A DNA stretch of 64,000 bases, taken from Stegostoma tigrinum (Eukaryota). Shown in pieces: positions 26,400 to 39,165 of the stretch. The notes under the pieces were generated by a model. It was not told the origin of the DNA and ran no database searches. It was given only the letters and a program-made list of their open reading frames with translations. The DNA lies in assembly GCF_030684315.1 (NCBI RefSeq), contig NC_081375.1:37368068-37432067 (forward strand), written 5' to 3'. Both the position numbers and the translations under genes were made by a program. Every line of letters begins with the position of its first letter. The stretch's first letter is position 1.

Positions 26400-26860
26400 A
26401 GCCTGTAGATGGTGCTGCTGAGGGAGGTCATATTCCGCCGGGGGAGCAGCCAGTGCTCCCAGACGCCCACCAGCCGGTCCTCGAGGGTCTGATCCAACCG
26501 GCGGGAAAACAAACCGAAAATCTGTTTTTGAAAGGAAGACAGTCCACGCGTGGAGGATGGGGGGCGGGGTTATCTGGTAGCCTAACGCGGGGAATCACGT
26601 GGTGAATGACATGGGACGATGGGGGACTAACACGTGCCCCGCATTCTGCTCGCTGATTGGGAGGCCGGTGTGAGTGACGGCTCACGCGCCCCACCCATTC
26701 CTCCACACTGGGCGTTTGTCCGAGGCGACCCCGGTCTGAAATCTCAGACGCGATCCGTCAAACGGGCCTGGTCAGTAAGTCGGTGGCGGCTGACTCCTGG
26801 GAGGAACAGGCTGTGGTTTTTGAAAGTTGTCTGGCTTTCATTTGCTGAGGTGCGAGGTCA
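26400..26860. promoter_or_regulatory. CpG-rich promoter, probably of MFSD6L and possibly bidirectional
   Basis: High CpG density; GC box 26561-26569; CACGTG E-boxes at 26596 and 26631; ATTGG at 26656; candidate + strand donors at 26771, 26775 and 26850. Confidence 0.7.
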
Positions 26861-28155
26861 CATCTGAGTCTAACATTTCCTGCTAATATTTCCTCATTAG
26901 CTTGGATTGGCCGACCTGTCCCGGCTGTAACTTTTGCCCAAAACAAATCTCTGATTTCACATTTTAATCGGTAGGCAGCGAAGGAGGGAAGTTTTGTCTT
27001 CCATGTTCTAATAACAACTTGCATTTGTGTCGTGCTTGTATCATCGACAAACATCTTGGAGCGGCTTCACGGAGATACTCGGATGTTAACTGGTCAGATG
27101 AGACGTTAAGAAGGGGTGGTCAGCAGTTTGGACAGAGGTTAGTTTATAGGAAGGTTTTATAAACAATAGAAAACGAAGTCATAACGATAAATTGATGGGA
27201 AGAAGAGGGGGAGGAAGGAATGATTTGGTGGAGGTTACAACAATAGGATGACACCATGAAGGGCTTAATAAATCAATCCAAGGCTTTGAGAAGCGCGATG
27301 TCCAGAGTGGGAAGGAAACTGCGTAGTAGATACCTGGCTGAGTTGAGTTTACAGTGAGGTTAACCAGTGAAGCATAGTCATAGTTAAGGGGCTTAACGTA
27401 AATGAAGACTCGGGATTGTTTTAGGGGGAGGAGTGTGCCCTGATGTTACTGGTGCAGAGGTCAGAAGGTCCTTGGATGGAGAGGAAGCACAATCCAAGTT
27501 GCAGGAAAGATGAAAAGGATATGCGGTGAATGAAGACAATGTGGTCAAAGACTTAGGTTCTTTTTGCAAAGGGGTGGTAAATAATGTAGCAGTCTCAAAT
27601 TACATTTTTGAGGGACATTTTGGTTCTGTGATAAGGGGGAAAAACCTGATGGAGAACAATCAATAGGTTTGATGTAGTGGACTGGTTGGAGAATTTAGGG
27701 AATGTATGGTGGAGATGGGCATGAGTTCAGTAGGTAACAATAATCAAGAAATGTTACAATATCAGGCATCATGTGGGATCCAAATGGGATTTTGAATGAT
27801 CTACAGATTAGTTGGAATGGGTTCAAGGAAGTCCCATGGATGAGCTTGTAAAGGGAAAACTGGCAGACAGGAGAGGAATTAGAGAAAACTAGAAGGCTAG
27901 GGCAGAGGAATCTAGAGTAGGCTTTGCGTAGAGAAGCAATTGAATGAATGTTCTTAATAATAGAGCTAAAGGCCGACTCTCATTTAGGAATGGATAAATC
28001 AGTTTATGGACATGGCTGGTAGTGGAGAAGAGAAACTGAAAACTATTGTTGATCTCCAAGATAACCCAAATAGAGCATGTAAAAATAGTTTAATTGCTTT
28101 GCTAGATAGACATTTCACATTTTAATTAGGAACTGTGTAATATGAAAGATGGTAT

Positions 28156-28380
28156 CAGAGATAATGGGAACTGCAGATGCTGGAGATTCCAAGATAATAA
28201 AATGTGAGGCTGGACGAACACAGCAGGCCAAGCAGCATCTCAGGAGCACAAAAGCTGATGTTTCGGGCCTAGACCCTTCATCAGAGAGTCTCTGCTGAAG
28301 GGTCTAGGCCCGAAACGTCAGCTTTTGTGCTCCTGAGATGCTGCTTGGCCTGCTGTGTTCGTCCAGCCTCACATTTTATT
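28156..28380. mobile_element. Fold-back Penelope-terminus insertion, copy B (in the presumed MFSD6L 5' intron)
   Basis: Tail plus ~90-bp inverted arms with axis at 28288; a hammerhead-like CTGANGA-GGGTCTAGGCCC-GAAAC motif in each arm; TSD (T)AATATGAAAGATG at 28138-28151 and 28380-28393. Confidence 0.92.
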
Positions 28381-28494
28381 AATATGAAAGATGTATTGTT
28401 TAGAGATCTTGAATTAAATCCATTTTTTGTCTAATTTTTTTGGTTGTTTTTTCAGATTACCAACTGGAATGTTTTTTGGGAAAATTATAGAGCC

Positions 28495-30441
28495 ATGAAG
28501 AGAAACAAACAGTGGAATGTCAGCAAAGCACTGGCTCTTGCCAGTCTCTATCACTTTCTTCATAGTGCAGCAGCAGCCTGTGTGGTTCCGTTCCTTACTA
28601 TATACTTCAGGCAGCTTGGATTGACTGCACAATTTGTTGGCATTATCATGGGAGTAAAGTATTTTATCTTCATGCTTTGTACTCCCTTTTGGTCTTACTG
28701 TGCTGGGCGCCATAACAAAAGGAGAGTTCTTATACTTGGTTCCTTGTTGTCATCAGTAGGAGCAGGCCTTCTATTCACACTCATTCCACCTATAGATAAG
28801 GAAATAGAATACAAATTCTGTAACAGAAGTATATATGCAAAAAACGGTTGGAATCAAAATACAAGACCAGAAGTCAAAGACCATATCAGTGACATTAAGA
28901 TGAATAAATTTGCATATACCATTCTTCCAACAGTAGTGAATGGTGCTTTAACAAGCCTTCCTAGTTCAACACTCCAAGCTGAAATTGAAGAAAACTTCCC
29001 GAGGCTGACCACTGTTGAATCATCTATTACAAACAGAATCAACCGTCTAAAACGGCCACACAAGACTGAACTGAGCAATGTTACATATTCATATGTATCA
29101 ACTCCATCAGAAAATAGAGGTAGTACACAAACTGGAGATGATAATCGTCAATCAAAGTTGAACCAATTTCTGCAGATGAAAGACTCTGGCCATGTAAGAA
29201 CCAAGGTAGAATCTGCCAAGCATTTTCCTTTTAAAGAAGATAACAAGGAGAAAAACAGTACTTTAGATGTTTATTCTACTTCAGTTAACAGTGCCATCAT
29301 GAAAAGGGATGTTGCTTTGAAAACTGGCTCTGAAGACCGATTAGAAAAGCAGCACATTAACACTGAGCCTGATCACAGTTTTAAAATTCTAGACAACCAA
29401 CACCAGACACTCGTGCTTATTTTACTAGCTGTGGCTCTATGGGAAGTTCTAGCATCAGCTTTGGAGTGGGTTGCAGATGATGGGCTCTATGACTATCTGG
29501 ACTGTGTTGACTCTGTTGACCGTTATGGTAAACAGTGGATTTGGGGTTACTTGGGCACAGCTGGAGCATCTTTTAGCATAGGGATTCTTGTGGATAGGCT
29601 GCACTGTTTTATTAATGCATATACTTCTAGGATTGCAGTGCATTTTTATGGTTATGCAGTGTTGATTACATTGACACTTCTTGTTGGTGTGTTCTATCCA
29701 ATTCATACAGCTAAGAAAAATGACATGATAAACCGCACTGTCAAAGGATTACATCTGTTGGGAGGTGATGGAAGGGCTATGTTATATGTGATCACAGTCT
29801 TTATCACAGGAGCTATTAGATCTACAATAAACAACTTCCTGTTCTGGCAAATGCAGAACAATGGAAGCAGTGAGACTTTTATGGGCATTGCTGTAGCAAT
29901 TGGATTTATAGCTGAAGTTCTACTTTATCTTTTCAAGGACAAAATGTTAAAGATCTTGTCATTCTCTGGATCAGTGGCATTTGGACTTGTTTGCCTCACA
30001 GCCCAGCTGCTTTATTATTCGTTCCTCTGGTCCTCTTGGGCAGTATTGCCTATTCAAATCCTGAATGCTTTTAGCAATGGTGCCTTATGGTGGGCTGTTT
30101 GGGGACAAGCTAATGATTTAGCTACCCCTGGTATTGAAAGAACACTCCTTAAAATCTACCATGTTTTATCCTTTGGTCTAAGTGCAAGCATTGGCAGTGT
30201 TTGCAGTGGCTTCATTGTGAACAATTTTGGCATAGAAAGACTTTATCAAGCATGTTCAGCTATTGCTATGGTTTGGTTAGTGGTCTTCCTCATTGTACAG
30301 TCAAAAATTCCTCGGCAAAAGAGGGTAAACTATTCGCGGCTCTTAGCTGATACCAGTGATATGAGTGACTCGGATGATGAGCAAGGTAAAGATTGGCTTA
30401 TTACAGCTCTGAAAAATGATGACTTTTACAGAAGTAGTTAG
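28495..30441 (+). CDS. MFSD6L: Major facilitator superfamily domain-containing protein 6-like (648 aa, single coding exon)
   Basis: Intact ORF from GCCATG. MKRNKQWNVSKALALASLYHFL...CVVPFLTIYFRQLGL N-terminus, long low-complexity loop, YGKQWIWG motif, further TM helices, C-terminal YSRLL...SDSDDEQGKDWL. Splice acceptor TTTTTTCAG ends at 28455. Confidence 0.95.
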   Translation: MKRNKQWNVSKALALASLYHFLHSAAAACVVPFLTIYFRQLGLTAQFVGIIMGVKYFIFMLCTPFWSYCAGRHNKRRVLILGSLLSSVGAGLLFTLIPPIDKEIEYKFCNRSIYAKNGWNQNTRPEVKDHISDIKMNKFAYTILPTVVNGALTSLPSSTLQAEIEENFPRLTTVESSITNRINRLKRPHKTELSNVTYSYVSTPSENRGSTQTGDDNRQSKLNQFLQMKDSGHVRTKVESAKHFPFKEDNKEKNSTLDVYSTSVNSAIMKRDVALKTGSEDRLEKQHINTEPDHSFKILDNQHQTLVLILLAVALWEVLASALEWVADDGLYDYLDCVDSVDRYGKQWIWGYLGTAGASFSIGILVDRLHCFINAYTSRIAVHFYGYAVLITLTLLVGVFYPIHTAKKNDMINRTVKGLHLLGGDGRAMLYVITVFITGAIRSTINNFLFWQMQNNGSSETFMGIAVAIGFIAEVLLYLFKDKMLKILSFSGSVAFGLVCLTAQLLYYSFLWSSWAVLPIQILNAFSNGALWWAVWGQANDLATPGIERTLLKIYHVLSFGLSASIGSVCSGFIVNNFGIERLYQACSAIAMVWLVVFLIVQSKIPRQKRVNYSRLLADTSDMSDSDDEQGKDWLITALKNDDFYRSS

Positions 30442-33400
30442 TCTTAATAGGTTTATCTCTTTAGTCCATTCCTTGATGAATATATATGAAATCTTTATAT
30501 TCAGCACAAATGCCCTGGTTGTTGCTTTAAAGTCTAAGCCAAAGTGGACATCTGGAATGTAAATTTTCAGATGACAATTTAATAACCAATTAAAGCTTAA
30601 ATAATTTGTGCTTTTCAAGATTAGTACGCTAACTCTGTTTGTGTGATTCTCTTTTGAGGATGGCTGTTTTAGCTGCAAATTTATGGGATAGAGATTTATT
30701 TTTAAAAAAGTAAATTATGGGAAGTTTATAATTTTTGAATATTTGAAAATATTTGTTTTGAGATGGAAATGTTCCTTCAGTAGTTGTCAAGTCATAACCT
30801 CAATGACCAGATGATGTTGCCTGTGGGGGTGTTTTCATCGTTGTAATATAAGGCTATTGTATGATATACTTCTATGCCAAGTGAGTGCTAACGGAACCAG
30901 AATTATTCTGGATTGACTGTTTTCTAGTCCATTGCTTGAAATGAGACAGGCTAGTAATACAGATCTCCCATTTATGGTGTATCTAATGTACAAATAATTT
31001 AAATACAAAAATTGCATTTATACAGCACCTTTTTATCATGCAGTCATTCAGCATTTGTTGTCACTTCGGCCTTAGTAGGATCACTTGTCATGCTTCTTTC
31101 CGGCTTTCTTAAAAGCTTTCAACATTTCCAACGTTATCCGTCCCATCTAATTTTATTACATCTACTATTTTTATCCTCATTTTCTCTTTCAGTTGATGGT
31201 AGAACAAGCTGTCTTTCTTTGTTTAAAATCTCTGCTTGGCGCTCTCTCTAGCTTTCTCTCTGTCACTGTTGCTGTCTCGTTCTTGCGCTCTCTCTCTCTC
31301 TCTGTCACCCCCTTGCCTTATCTAACTATTTGGTAATCCTTTTGATTCCTGAACTTTTATTCTTGGTCTACACCACTCATTTGTCTTTCTGTTCAACTGA
31401 TTCTGAGCATCCACTGCTGTACCCAAATTTAATTTGTTATCCTCCTTTCACTTTCTTCAGAGTCTAACTCTTGCAGCCACAGCCTGCAACACCCCACACT
31501 AGTGACTGGACTAGATATTTTTCCGGATTTGTGCTCATGCTTTTGAACTTTAAGACACAAGTTTAGATCACTGGTCATGCCTTTTGTAGCTAATCTAACC
31601 TGTATTTCAATCTTGGAAATAACTTTGTTTATAATTAAGTCAGTTTCATTGAACTTGTCTTTTTATCAGAATACTTCTAATCTTGGCTTACCATTTAGTC
31701 TGTTGATGTTGGTCTTTGCTTCATTTATATAATCAGTTCAAAAGATGCTGTCTTTTGAGTAGGCCTGCTGTAGTTTCTAGCTGTTTCTTTATTTTGGCCA
31801 TGTGCAGTATCATGTGCTATGATGTGGCTACATCTCTCTGGGAACTCTTCCTGCACCATCCTAATTGTCTTTTCTCATTATATTGCCCTCATCACATTCC
31901 AAAAATGCATCTTACCCAATTCATTACATACGTTGTCCTTGTCCTACCTTTTTTTCATGATGCTTTTTATTTTCTACCACACTCCCCAGTACGGGGCACA
32001 TCAGTGGAAGCTGTCCACAGCCAATTTATACTTGCTCTAATTTCATTGGAAGACATTTCTAGCACTACATTTTAGTAAGTTCCTGTTTTGACTAAGTTGC
32101 CTGTTAACCCTTTTTGCTGGGAACTAATTGATGATATGGATATGATAAAGAAATGTTGAGGCTAGTTTTTTTTTAAAGTGAGATGTGAACAATTTCACAA
32201 TTTATGCTATTCATATTTTAGATTGTATTCGAGTTTGGGAATGCTAGAGAAATAACAGAATCGTATGTTTGTCTTGGTAGATTTTTTTGTTAGGGATTTT
32301 GATCAATAGATATTATACTGGAGTTAGACTTTAAATAAAAATGGAAAATGCTGAAGATGCAATAGTGATCCCTTAGCATTTTCAAGCAAAAAGACAATGT
32401 TTAAAACTCAGAATTGATGGGAGTAAAATTGAAAATGAGCAAAGGAAAAAAATCATAAAAGTCGTGTACAGATTTGCCAACTGCAGTTAAAAGCACGCAG
32501 CTTTTTTTTTTAAACATAAACCAGAAAATGAGGTGCAAGATGATTTTTCAGTCTAATCAGTTGAGCATTAATATATTATGCTGCAGCAAGTGTTTTCTCT
32601 AATGCCAAGTATACAGTTGAGTTAGTAATCAACAGGTCAGTTAGTATGTTTAGCATTTGTAGATTAACTATTTTGTCAGCTTAAAATAGATTTATTTTTC
32701 TCATGGAGTACCTGCTTAACAGGTTGTTGGTGACTCAGTTCTTAAAGCTGTGTAAAGCAGCTGCACAAACACCAAGTTTGCATTTTTAATGCCTGGCCCT
32801 TGGTAAGTTAGTTCATCAAAGCTGCACTAAAGAACTCTGAATTCTTACAAAATCTGCCTGATATTTCTTGTTCTTGATTGTGATTCAGTAATACCTTATT
32901 AAAAAGAGCACAGCTGAATATTTGATGAGGATATGATAGACGTAGGCCCTTTTCTCATGCCATTCCATAACATTGAGTAGGCTGACATGAAGATCGACTG
33001 ACTGCTTGGATGAAATTCCAGGAGGAAAATATTGCCCATTGTATGGTATGGCCATCATGAATCATTGATTTCTAGAAAGGTAGAGAATTTTTCAAAAACA
33101 AATTGTAATGGAGAGCCCCAGTAAATGCATATCCTCTGAGGACCTCCACAACATATTTTTTAAAGTTGAAAATTCTTCAGGGAATTGTTGTAGATGGAAA
33201 ATCAAATAGCACAGCAGGAGGCCATTCATCTCAATTGCAATTGAATGAGCTAACTATTTGCCTTAGTATACTCAACGTTTTCTGTTTTCATGTTGGATTC
33301 TTTTGCCATCAAAATTCGTAGAATTTGAAATGAGGGAACTTTTTAAAATTTGTGACATTTTGTTCATTTTTTAAAAAATATAAATCTTTCCAGATGTTGT

Positions 33401-34839
33401 ATTGGCTTCCCAATCCAATAGAACAGAACATTCTTAGCTAGTTGGTCAGGCAACGAGCTGATCTGTTTCAAGGACCAATATCACTTCAAGACTAGGCTTG
33501 GAGTGCTTCACTCCATCTTTCCTAACTAAGAGTCTTCCATCTTTTTAGTACTGTATGTGATGCTCTAATGAAACGTGCCAATTGCACAAGCAATAACTGA
33601 GGTTCCTTTTTTTAAGAAAGAAGCCATACAGTATGGGAGAGGGCAGGGGAGAAAAATGTTCTTGATTTGCAAAATTCAATATATCTTGTTTAGAAAAGTT
33701 TCATACACAGTTTGGAATAGAAACTTTTTAACATCTAGTGCCTTGGCCTATTAACATGCAAAGTAATTGCATAGTTTGGAGTGTGGTGAACTTAAGTCAC
33801 ACTTCCTTCAAGAATCAACTTTGCAATGTCAGTGCATTGAATTGTACTGTAGCATTATAATTGCAGTTAAAAACAAGATACTGTGTATAATACCTGAACT
33901 CAGTTTAAATATTTCCCTTGTACAGGTCATCAGCACTGGTGGTTTTTCATTTGAATGCTGAATACACAACTTTTTGGGAAAATGTTTTACATTTTGAGAT
34001 GACTGTGTTTGAATATGTAAATATTCCATTGAAGTGTTACCTTTGAGAGAAGAAAGCACTCGCAAAAAAATGTGATCTTTCATTAAAGAGAAAAGGCTAA
34101 TTCTTGGAACTAATTGGCTCCTTATTTCATTGATGTTAGTCAGTACGAAGGCAGAAATAAATAAATGCTTTATTATCTCCTTTACTGGAATTGATTTATT
34201 TTTAAAAATGTGGCACTATTTTTAAAGTTATTTCTATGTTTGGTTGAATCTCGTTGGGTTTTATTCCAGTGTTGCATTTCTGAATAATAAGAAGAAGAAC
34301 AATTAGCTACATGAACAGGAAAAAAAGTCAGCTTCAAATATATTGCCTATTGAGGTTTTGTACCAGTTAAAAATGATTGAAAGGGGAAAACATTAATATA
34401 CAAATCTTATTTGTGGAATATTCTTGCACTGATAAAATAAAATGAAATGTGCCTTGTTCAGGGATAGGTGGTGTATTTCTGCCTTGTAATGTTATAAATT
34501 GTGCAGTGGTTAATTGAAACTACTCTATCGAGTAACCACTGTATGTTGGCGTATTTGGTTGTAGACTAGAGCTCTAAATATTTGAAAATATATTCAATGT
34601 CTATGTACTAGAAAATTATTTATTGGACTGGTGACTGGATTTTTTTTTTAATAGATGATTTTATCTAAACCTTGTCAGTTGTCATTTTTGCCGAGTTTCG
34701 TTTAATTGTCAACTCATAGATGATATATTTTTCAATACATAAAAGCGAATTCTATTCCAGAATCAAGGTTGAAAGTCAAAAGAGGAAGGCATCAGTTGCA
34801 ATAATTCCTTTAAAATATATATGCTTCAAGTTTTTGACA

Positions 34840-35081
34840 AAAGAAACAAAGAACAGCAGATGCTGTAAATGAGAAACAAAAATAAAACTTGCAAGAAAAA
34901 CTCAGCATCTGCAGAGAGAAAGCAGAGTTTATTTTTTGGGTCCAGTGAGCCGCCTTCAGAACAGTAAAATACAGAACATTCTGAAGAAGGCTCACCAGAC
35001 CTGAAAGGTTGACTCTGCTTTCTCTCCACAGATGTTGACAGACCTGCTGGGGTTTTCCTGCCATTTCTGTTTTTTGTTTTT
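34840..35081. mobile_element. Older fold-back insertion from a second Penelope-terminus family
   Basis: Diverged inverted arms around ~34970 with a CTGAAGAAGG...CCTGAAAG hammerhead-like core; flanked by AAGTTTTT(n)GACA on both sides. Single-arm relatives at ~49375-49500 and ~54650-54755. Confidence 0.7.
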
Positions 35082-36689
35082 AAGTTTTTTTTTTGACATT
35101 TTGAAAGTATAAAAATGTTTGGATTCCAATTATGAAAAAAATGTTTTGCAATATATTTGAATTGTTTCAAATTAAAAATGCAGCTTTGGTTAAGAACATT
35201 GCTTAGCCATCAATTAGAGAGTACTAGTGTATGTTTAATGTAATTTATTTTGATTTTGGTTTTCAAGAATATGATAGTAGATGTTGGTATATGTCGAACT
35301 TTGAAGCCTCTAATATTTGGTCTAGAATGATTCTAAGAGAACCTGTGGTGTCGGTGGTGATCACTGACACCAGTGATTGAAGTGTAATTGGTGTCTGATG
35401 CAAAAGGTGGGCGTGACAATTTTTACATTTTGCAATATAGACCGTATCACCTGCATGATCCTTTGTGCCCAGTTATAAGATAACTTAAAAATAAAACATG
35501 CATTTCTGTTGTCAGAGAAGAGTTGAAGCTCCCTCCTATGCACCCAGCATGTTCTGGCTGAAGGGAGAGTTGATTTAAATACTAAATATGTGCACAAACA
35601 TGATTATTAGGGCTGGAAAATGGGATTGTCTTATGCCCTGGCCGACTCCTGACAAGTTTTATAGTCTGTTTAACCAGAAGAATACAGTAGAATATGTTTT
35701 ATTCTGTAAGTGATTTCTCTGCTAGAGCTTTGATTTAGTTTCTGTAAGATATTGACTTTTTCTATTTGTCTGCTGCTTAATGTTCAGGCAAGATGGCTTT
35801 CGGTATATCCATATGGTTTAATTGTTAGCTTATTCAGGTTATTGCTGACTGATATCTGCATATTTTGTTCACTGGAGGAATATGCAAAAATACAATAAAC
35901 AGATTTGTCTGCTGCTGCCATCATTTGCCATACGTATCTGGTAACTTCTAAATTAATTTTTTGACCATCTTGTTGAGTACCAGTAAACATGCCAGCCGGA
36001 AAGATTTTGAGGAATCCAATTTATGTTCACAAGTTCACAATTAAAAGATAATTTCTGTAATCTGTTGAAACTAGTGATTTCGGGGAAAATCCCAAGAAAA
36101 CTCAAATCACCAATTTTCCGTGGTCTGAGCTATATGTGCCTGAAGTCCCAGTCAATGTGATTGACAAGCTACTCAGTTTATCAATCTTACAGAAAATTCC
36201 AATGAAAATAAAATTGAATAAGTCATTAGTTGTTGGTCTAGGCACCAGAAATGACAATGGCACACCCTGCGAACTCCTTACTAACAATGGAAATTTTTGC
36301 CAGAATTGGAAGGTTTGTCACACTTTAATCAAGATCACTTGAGTCATATTTTACAGCAAAAATCCCAGATTCCATGACCACACTAGACATGACAATAAGG
36401 ACACCTTGTGAGAAATAAATTGTCCGTTGATTATATTGAGGATCTGATAACTATATAGTACTTTGTATCTGGTACAATTTGGCCAAAAAACAACCCATTT
36501 CTACTCTCATTAATAGTTCCAGTTCGTGCTTAAGCTCAGATCCATGGAATAGGAAGTTCTCTGAATAAAGACGACTGAAGTCCGTTTCATCATCTCTGCC
36601 TCTCACTGTGGTTTGTGGTACAAGAAGAGCCTCAACACGATCTGTTGCAATTTAGCAGATCCTTCAGAGATGGCAATACAGTGATTTAC

Positions 36690-39165
36690 CATCAGTGTAT
36701 TGTGCACAGGCCTCCAAACAGTAGTCAGGAGCTGGGGCTCAAGATTTACCAGGAGATAGAAAAGGTGTGTAAGAAAGGCAAAGTCACAGTGATCATGGGA
36801 GATTTCAACAAGCAGGTGGACTGGGAAAATCATGTTGGTAGTGGGTTGCAAGAAAACGAGTTTGTGGAGTGTCTGTGAGATGGCTTTTTGGAGCAGCTTG
36901 TAGTGGAACCCACAAGGGAACAGGTGATACTGGATTTAGTGTTGTGCAATGAGGCAGACTTGATAAGGAGCTTAAAGTAAAGGAATCCTGAGGAGGCAGT
37001 GATCATAAAATGATTGAATTTACCCTGCAATTTGAGAGGGAGAAGATAGAATCAGAGGCATGAGGAAGGACCTGGTCAGAATTGACTGGAAGAGGACCCT
37101 AGCAGAAAAGACAATGGAACAGCAATGGCACGAGTTTATGGGAGTAATTCAGGAGACACAGCAAAAATCCATTCCTAGGAAAAAGAAGCATGGTCCAAGG
37201 AGGATGAGGCAACCGTGGCTGACTAAGGAAGTCAGGGATGGCATGAAAGCAAAATAGACAGCATATAATGTGGCGAAGGGCAGTGGGAACCCAGAGGACT
37301 GGGAGCCTTACAAAGAACAACACAGAGCAACAAAAAATAAGGAGGGAGAAGTTTAAATATGAGGGTAAGCTAGCTGGTAATATAAATGAAGACTAACAGT
37401 TTCTTTTGATATATAAAGGGCAAAAGTGGACATTGGACCACTGGAAAATGATGGTGGAGGGATAGTAGTGGGGAACAAGGAGACGGCTGAGGAACTGAAT
37501 AATTACTTTGCATCAGTCTTCACGGTGGAAGACAGCAGTTATCTCCCAAAAATTCAAGAGAGTCAGGAGGCAGAGCTGCGTACGGTGGTCATCGCCAAGG
37601 AAAAGGTGCTAGTAAAACTGATTCGTCTGAAGGTGGACAAACCACTTGAACCAGATGGACTACACCCCAGGATTCTAACAAAGATAGCTGAAGAGAGAGT
37701 GGAAGTGTTAATGATGAACTTTCAGGAATTGCTAGAGTCAGGGAGGGTCCCAGAGGACTGGAAAATTGCTAATGTGACATCCCTGTTTGAAAAGGGAGTA
37801 AGGCAAAAGACGGAAAATTACAGGCCAATTAGCCTAACCTCGGTCTTAGGTAAGATTTTGGAGTCGATTGTAAAGAATGAGATTTATGAATATTTGGAAG
37901 TGTATAGTAAAATAGAGCAAAGTCAACATGGTTTCATCAATGGGAGGTCATGCCTGACAAATCTGTTAGAATTTGAGGAAGTAATGAGCAGGGTAGACCA
38001 AGGAGAGCCAATGGATGTTACCTACCTCGACTTCAAGAAGGCCTTTGATAAGGTGCCACACAGGAGGCTGCTGAGTAAGATAAGGGCCCATGGTGTTAGA
38101 TGCAAAGTGCTTGCATGGATAGAAGATTGGCTGTATGGCAGAAAGCAGACAGTAGGGATAAAGGGGTTTTTCTCAAGAAGGCAGCTGGTGACAAATGGTG
38201 TTCTGCAACTTCTCACTTTATACGCTAATGATCTAGGTGAAGGAACTGAGGGCATTCTGGCTAAGTTTGCAGATGATACAAAAAGACAGGTGGAGGGACA
38301 TGTAGTATTGAGGTGGGGAAGCTGCAGAAGGATTTGGACAGGTTAGGAGAGTGGACAAAGAAGTGGCAGATGGAGTACAACATGGGAAAGCGTGAGGTCA
38401 TGCACTTTGGTAAGAAGAATAAAAGCATGACTACTCTCTAAATGAGGAGAAAATTCAGAAGTCTGAAGTGCAAAGAGACTTGGGAGTTCTAGTCCAGGAT
38501 TCTCTCAAAGTAAACTTGCAGGTTGAATCAGTAGTCAAGGAACGCAAATGCAATGTTGGCATTTATTTTGAGAGGGCTTGAATATAAATTGGGATGTACT
38601 ACTGAAGCTTTATGAGACTCTGGTCAGGCCACATTTTGGATTATTGTGTTTAGTTTTGGGGCCCATATCTCAGGAAGGATGTACTGGTCCTGGAGTGGGT
38701 TCAAAGGAGGTTCACGAGAATGGTCCCAGGAATGGAAAGCTTAACATATGAGGAATGTTTGAGGACTCCGGGTCTATGCTCCTTGGAGTTTAGAAAGATG
38801 AGGGTGGATCTCATTGAAACTTACAGAATGGACATTGGGAAGATGCTTCCATTGGTAGGAGAGACGAGGACCTGAGTGCACGGCCTTAGAGTAAAGGGAG
38901 GACTTCTTAGAATGGTGATAAAGAGAAACCTCTGCAGCCAGAGAATGGTGAATCAATGGAATTCACTGCCACAGAAGGCTGTGGAGGCCAGATCATTGAG
39001 TACATTTAAGACCGAGATAGATAGGTTCTTGAGTATCAAGGGGATCAAGAGTTATGGGGAGAAAGCAGGAAAATGGGGTTGAGGAACTTATCAGCCATTA
39101 TTGAATGGCGGAGCAGACTCGATCAGCCGAATGGCCTAATTTCTGCTATGTCTTACGGCCTATTG
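36690..39165 (+). mobile_element. CR1 LINE ORF2 remnant with 3' UTR (stops and frameshifts)
   Basis: VIMGDFN endonuclease motif; NYRPISLTSVLGKILE, QHGFINGRSCLTNLL, YLDFKKAFDKVPH and KFADDTK RT motifs; WNSLPQKAVEA C-terminus. Confidence 0.92.

Noticed and set aside
28444-28494. 17-aa N-terminal extension of the MFSD6L ORF in the track
   Set aside because: It starts at a TTG inside the polypyrimidine tract of a splice acceptor. The ATG at 28495 has Kozak context and matches the family N-terminus.
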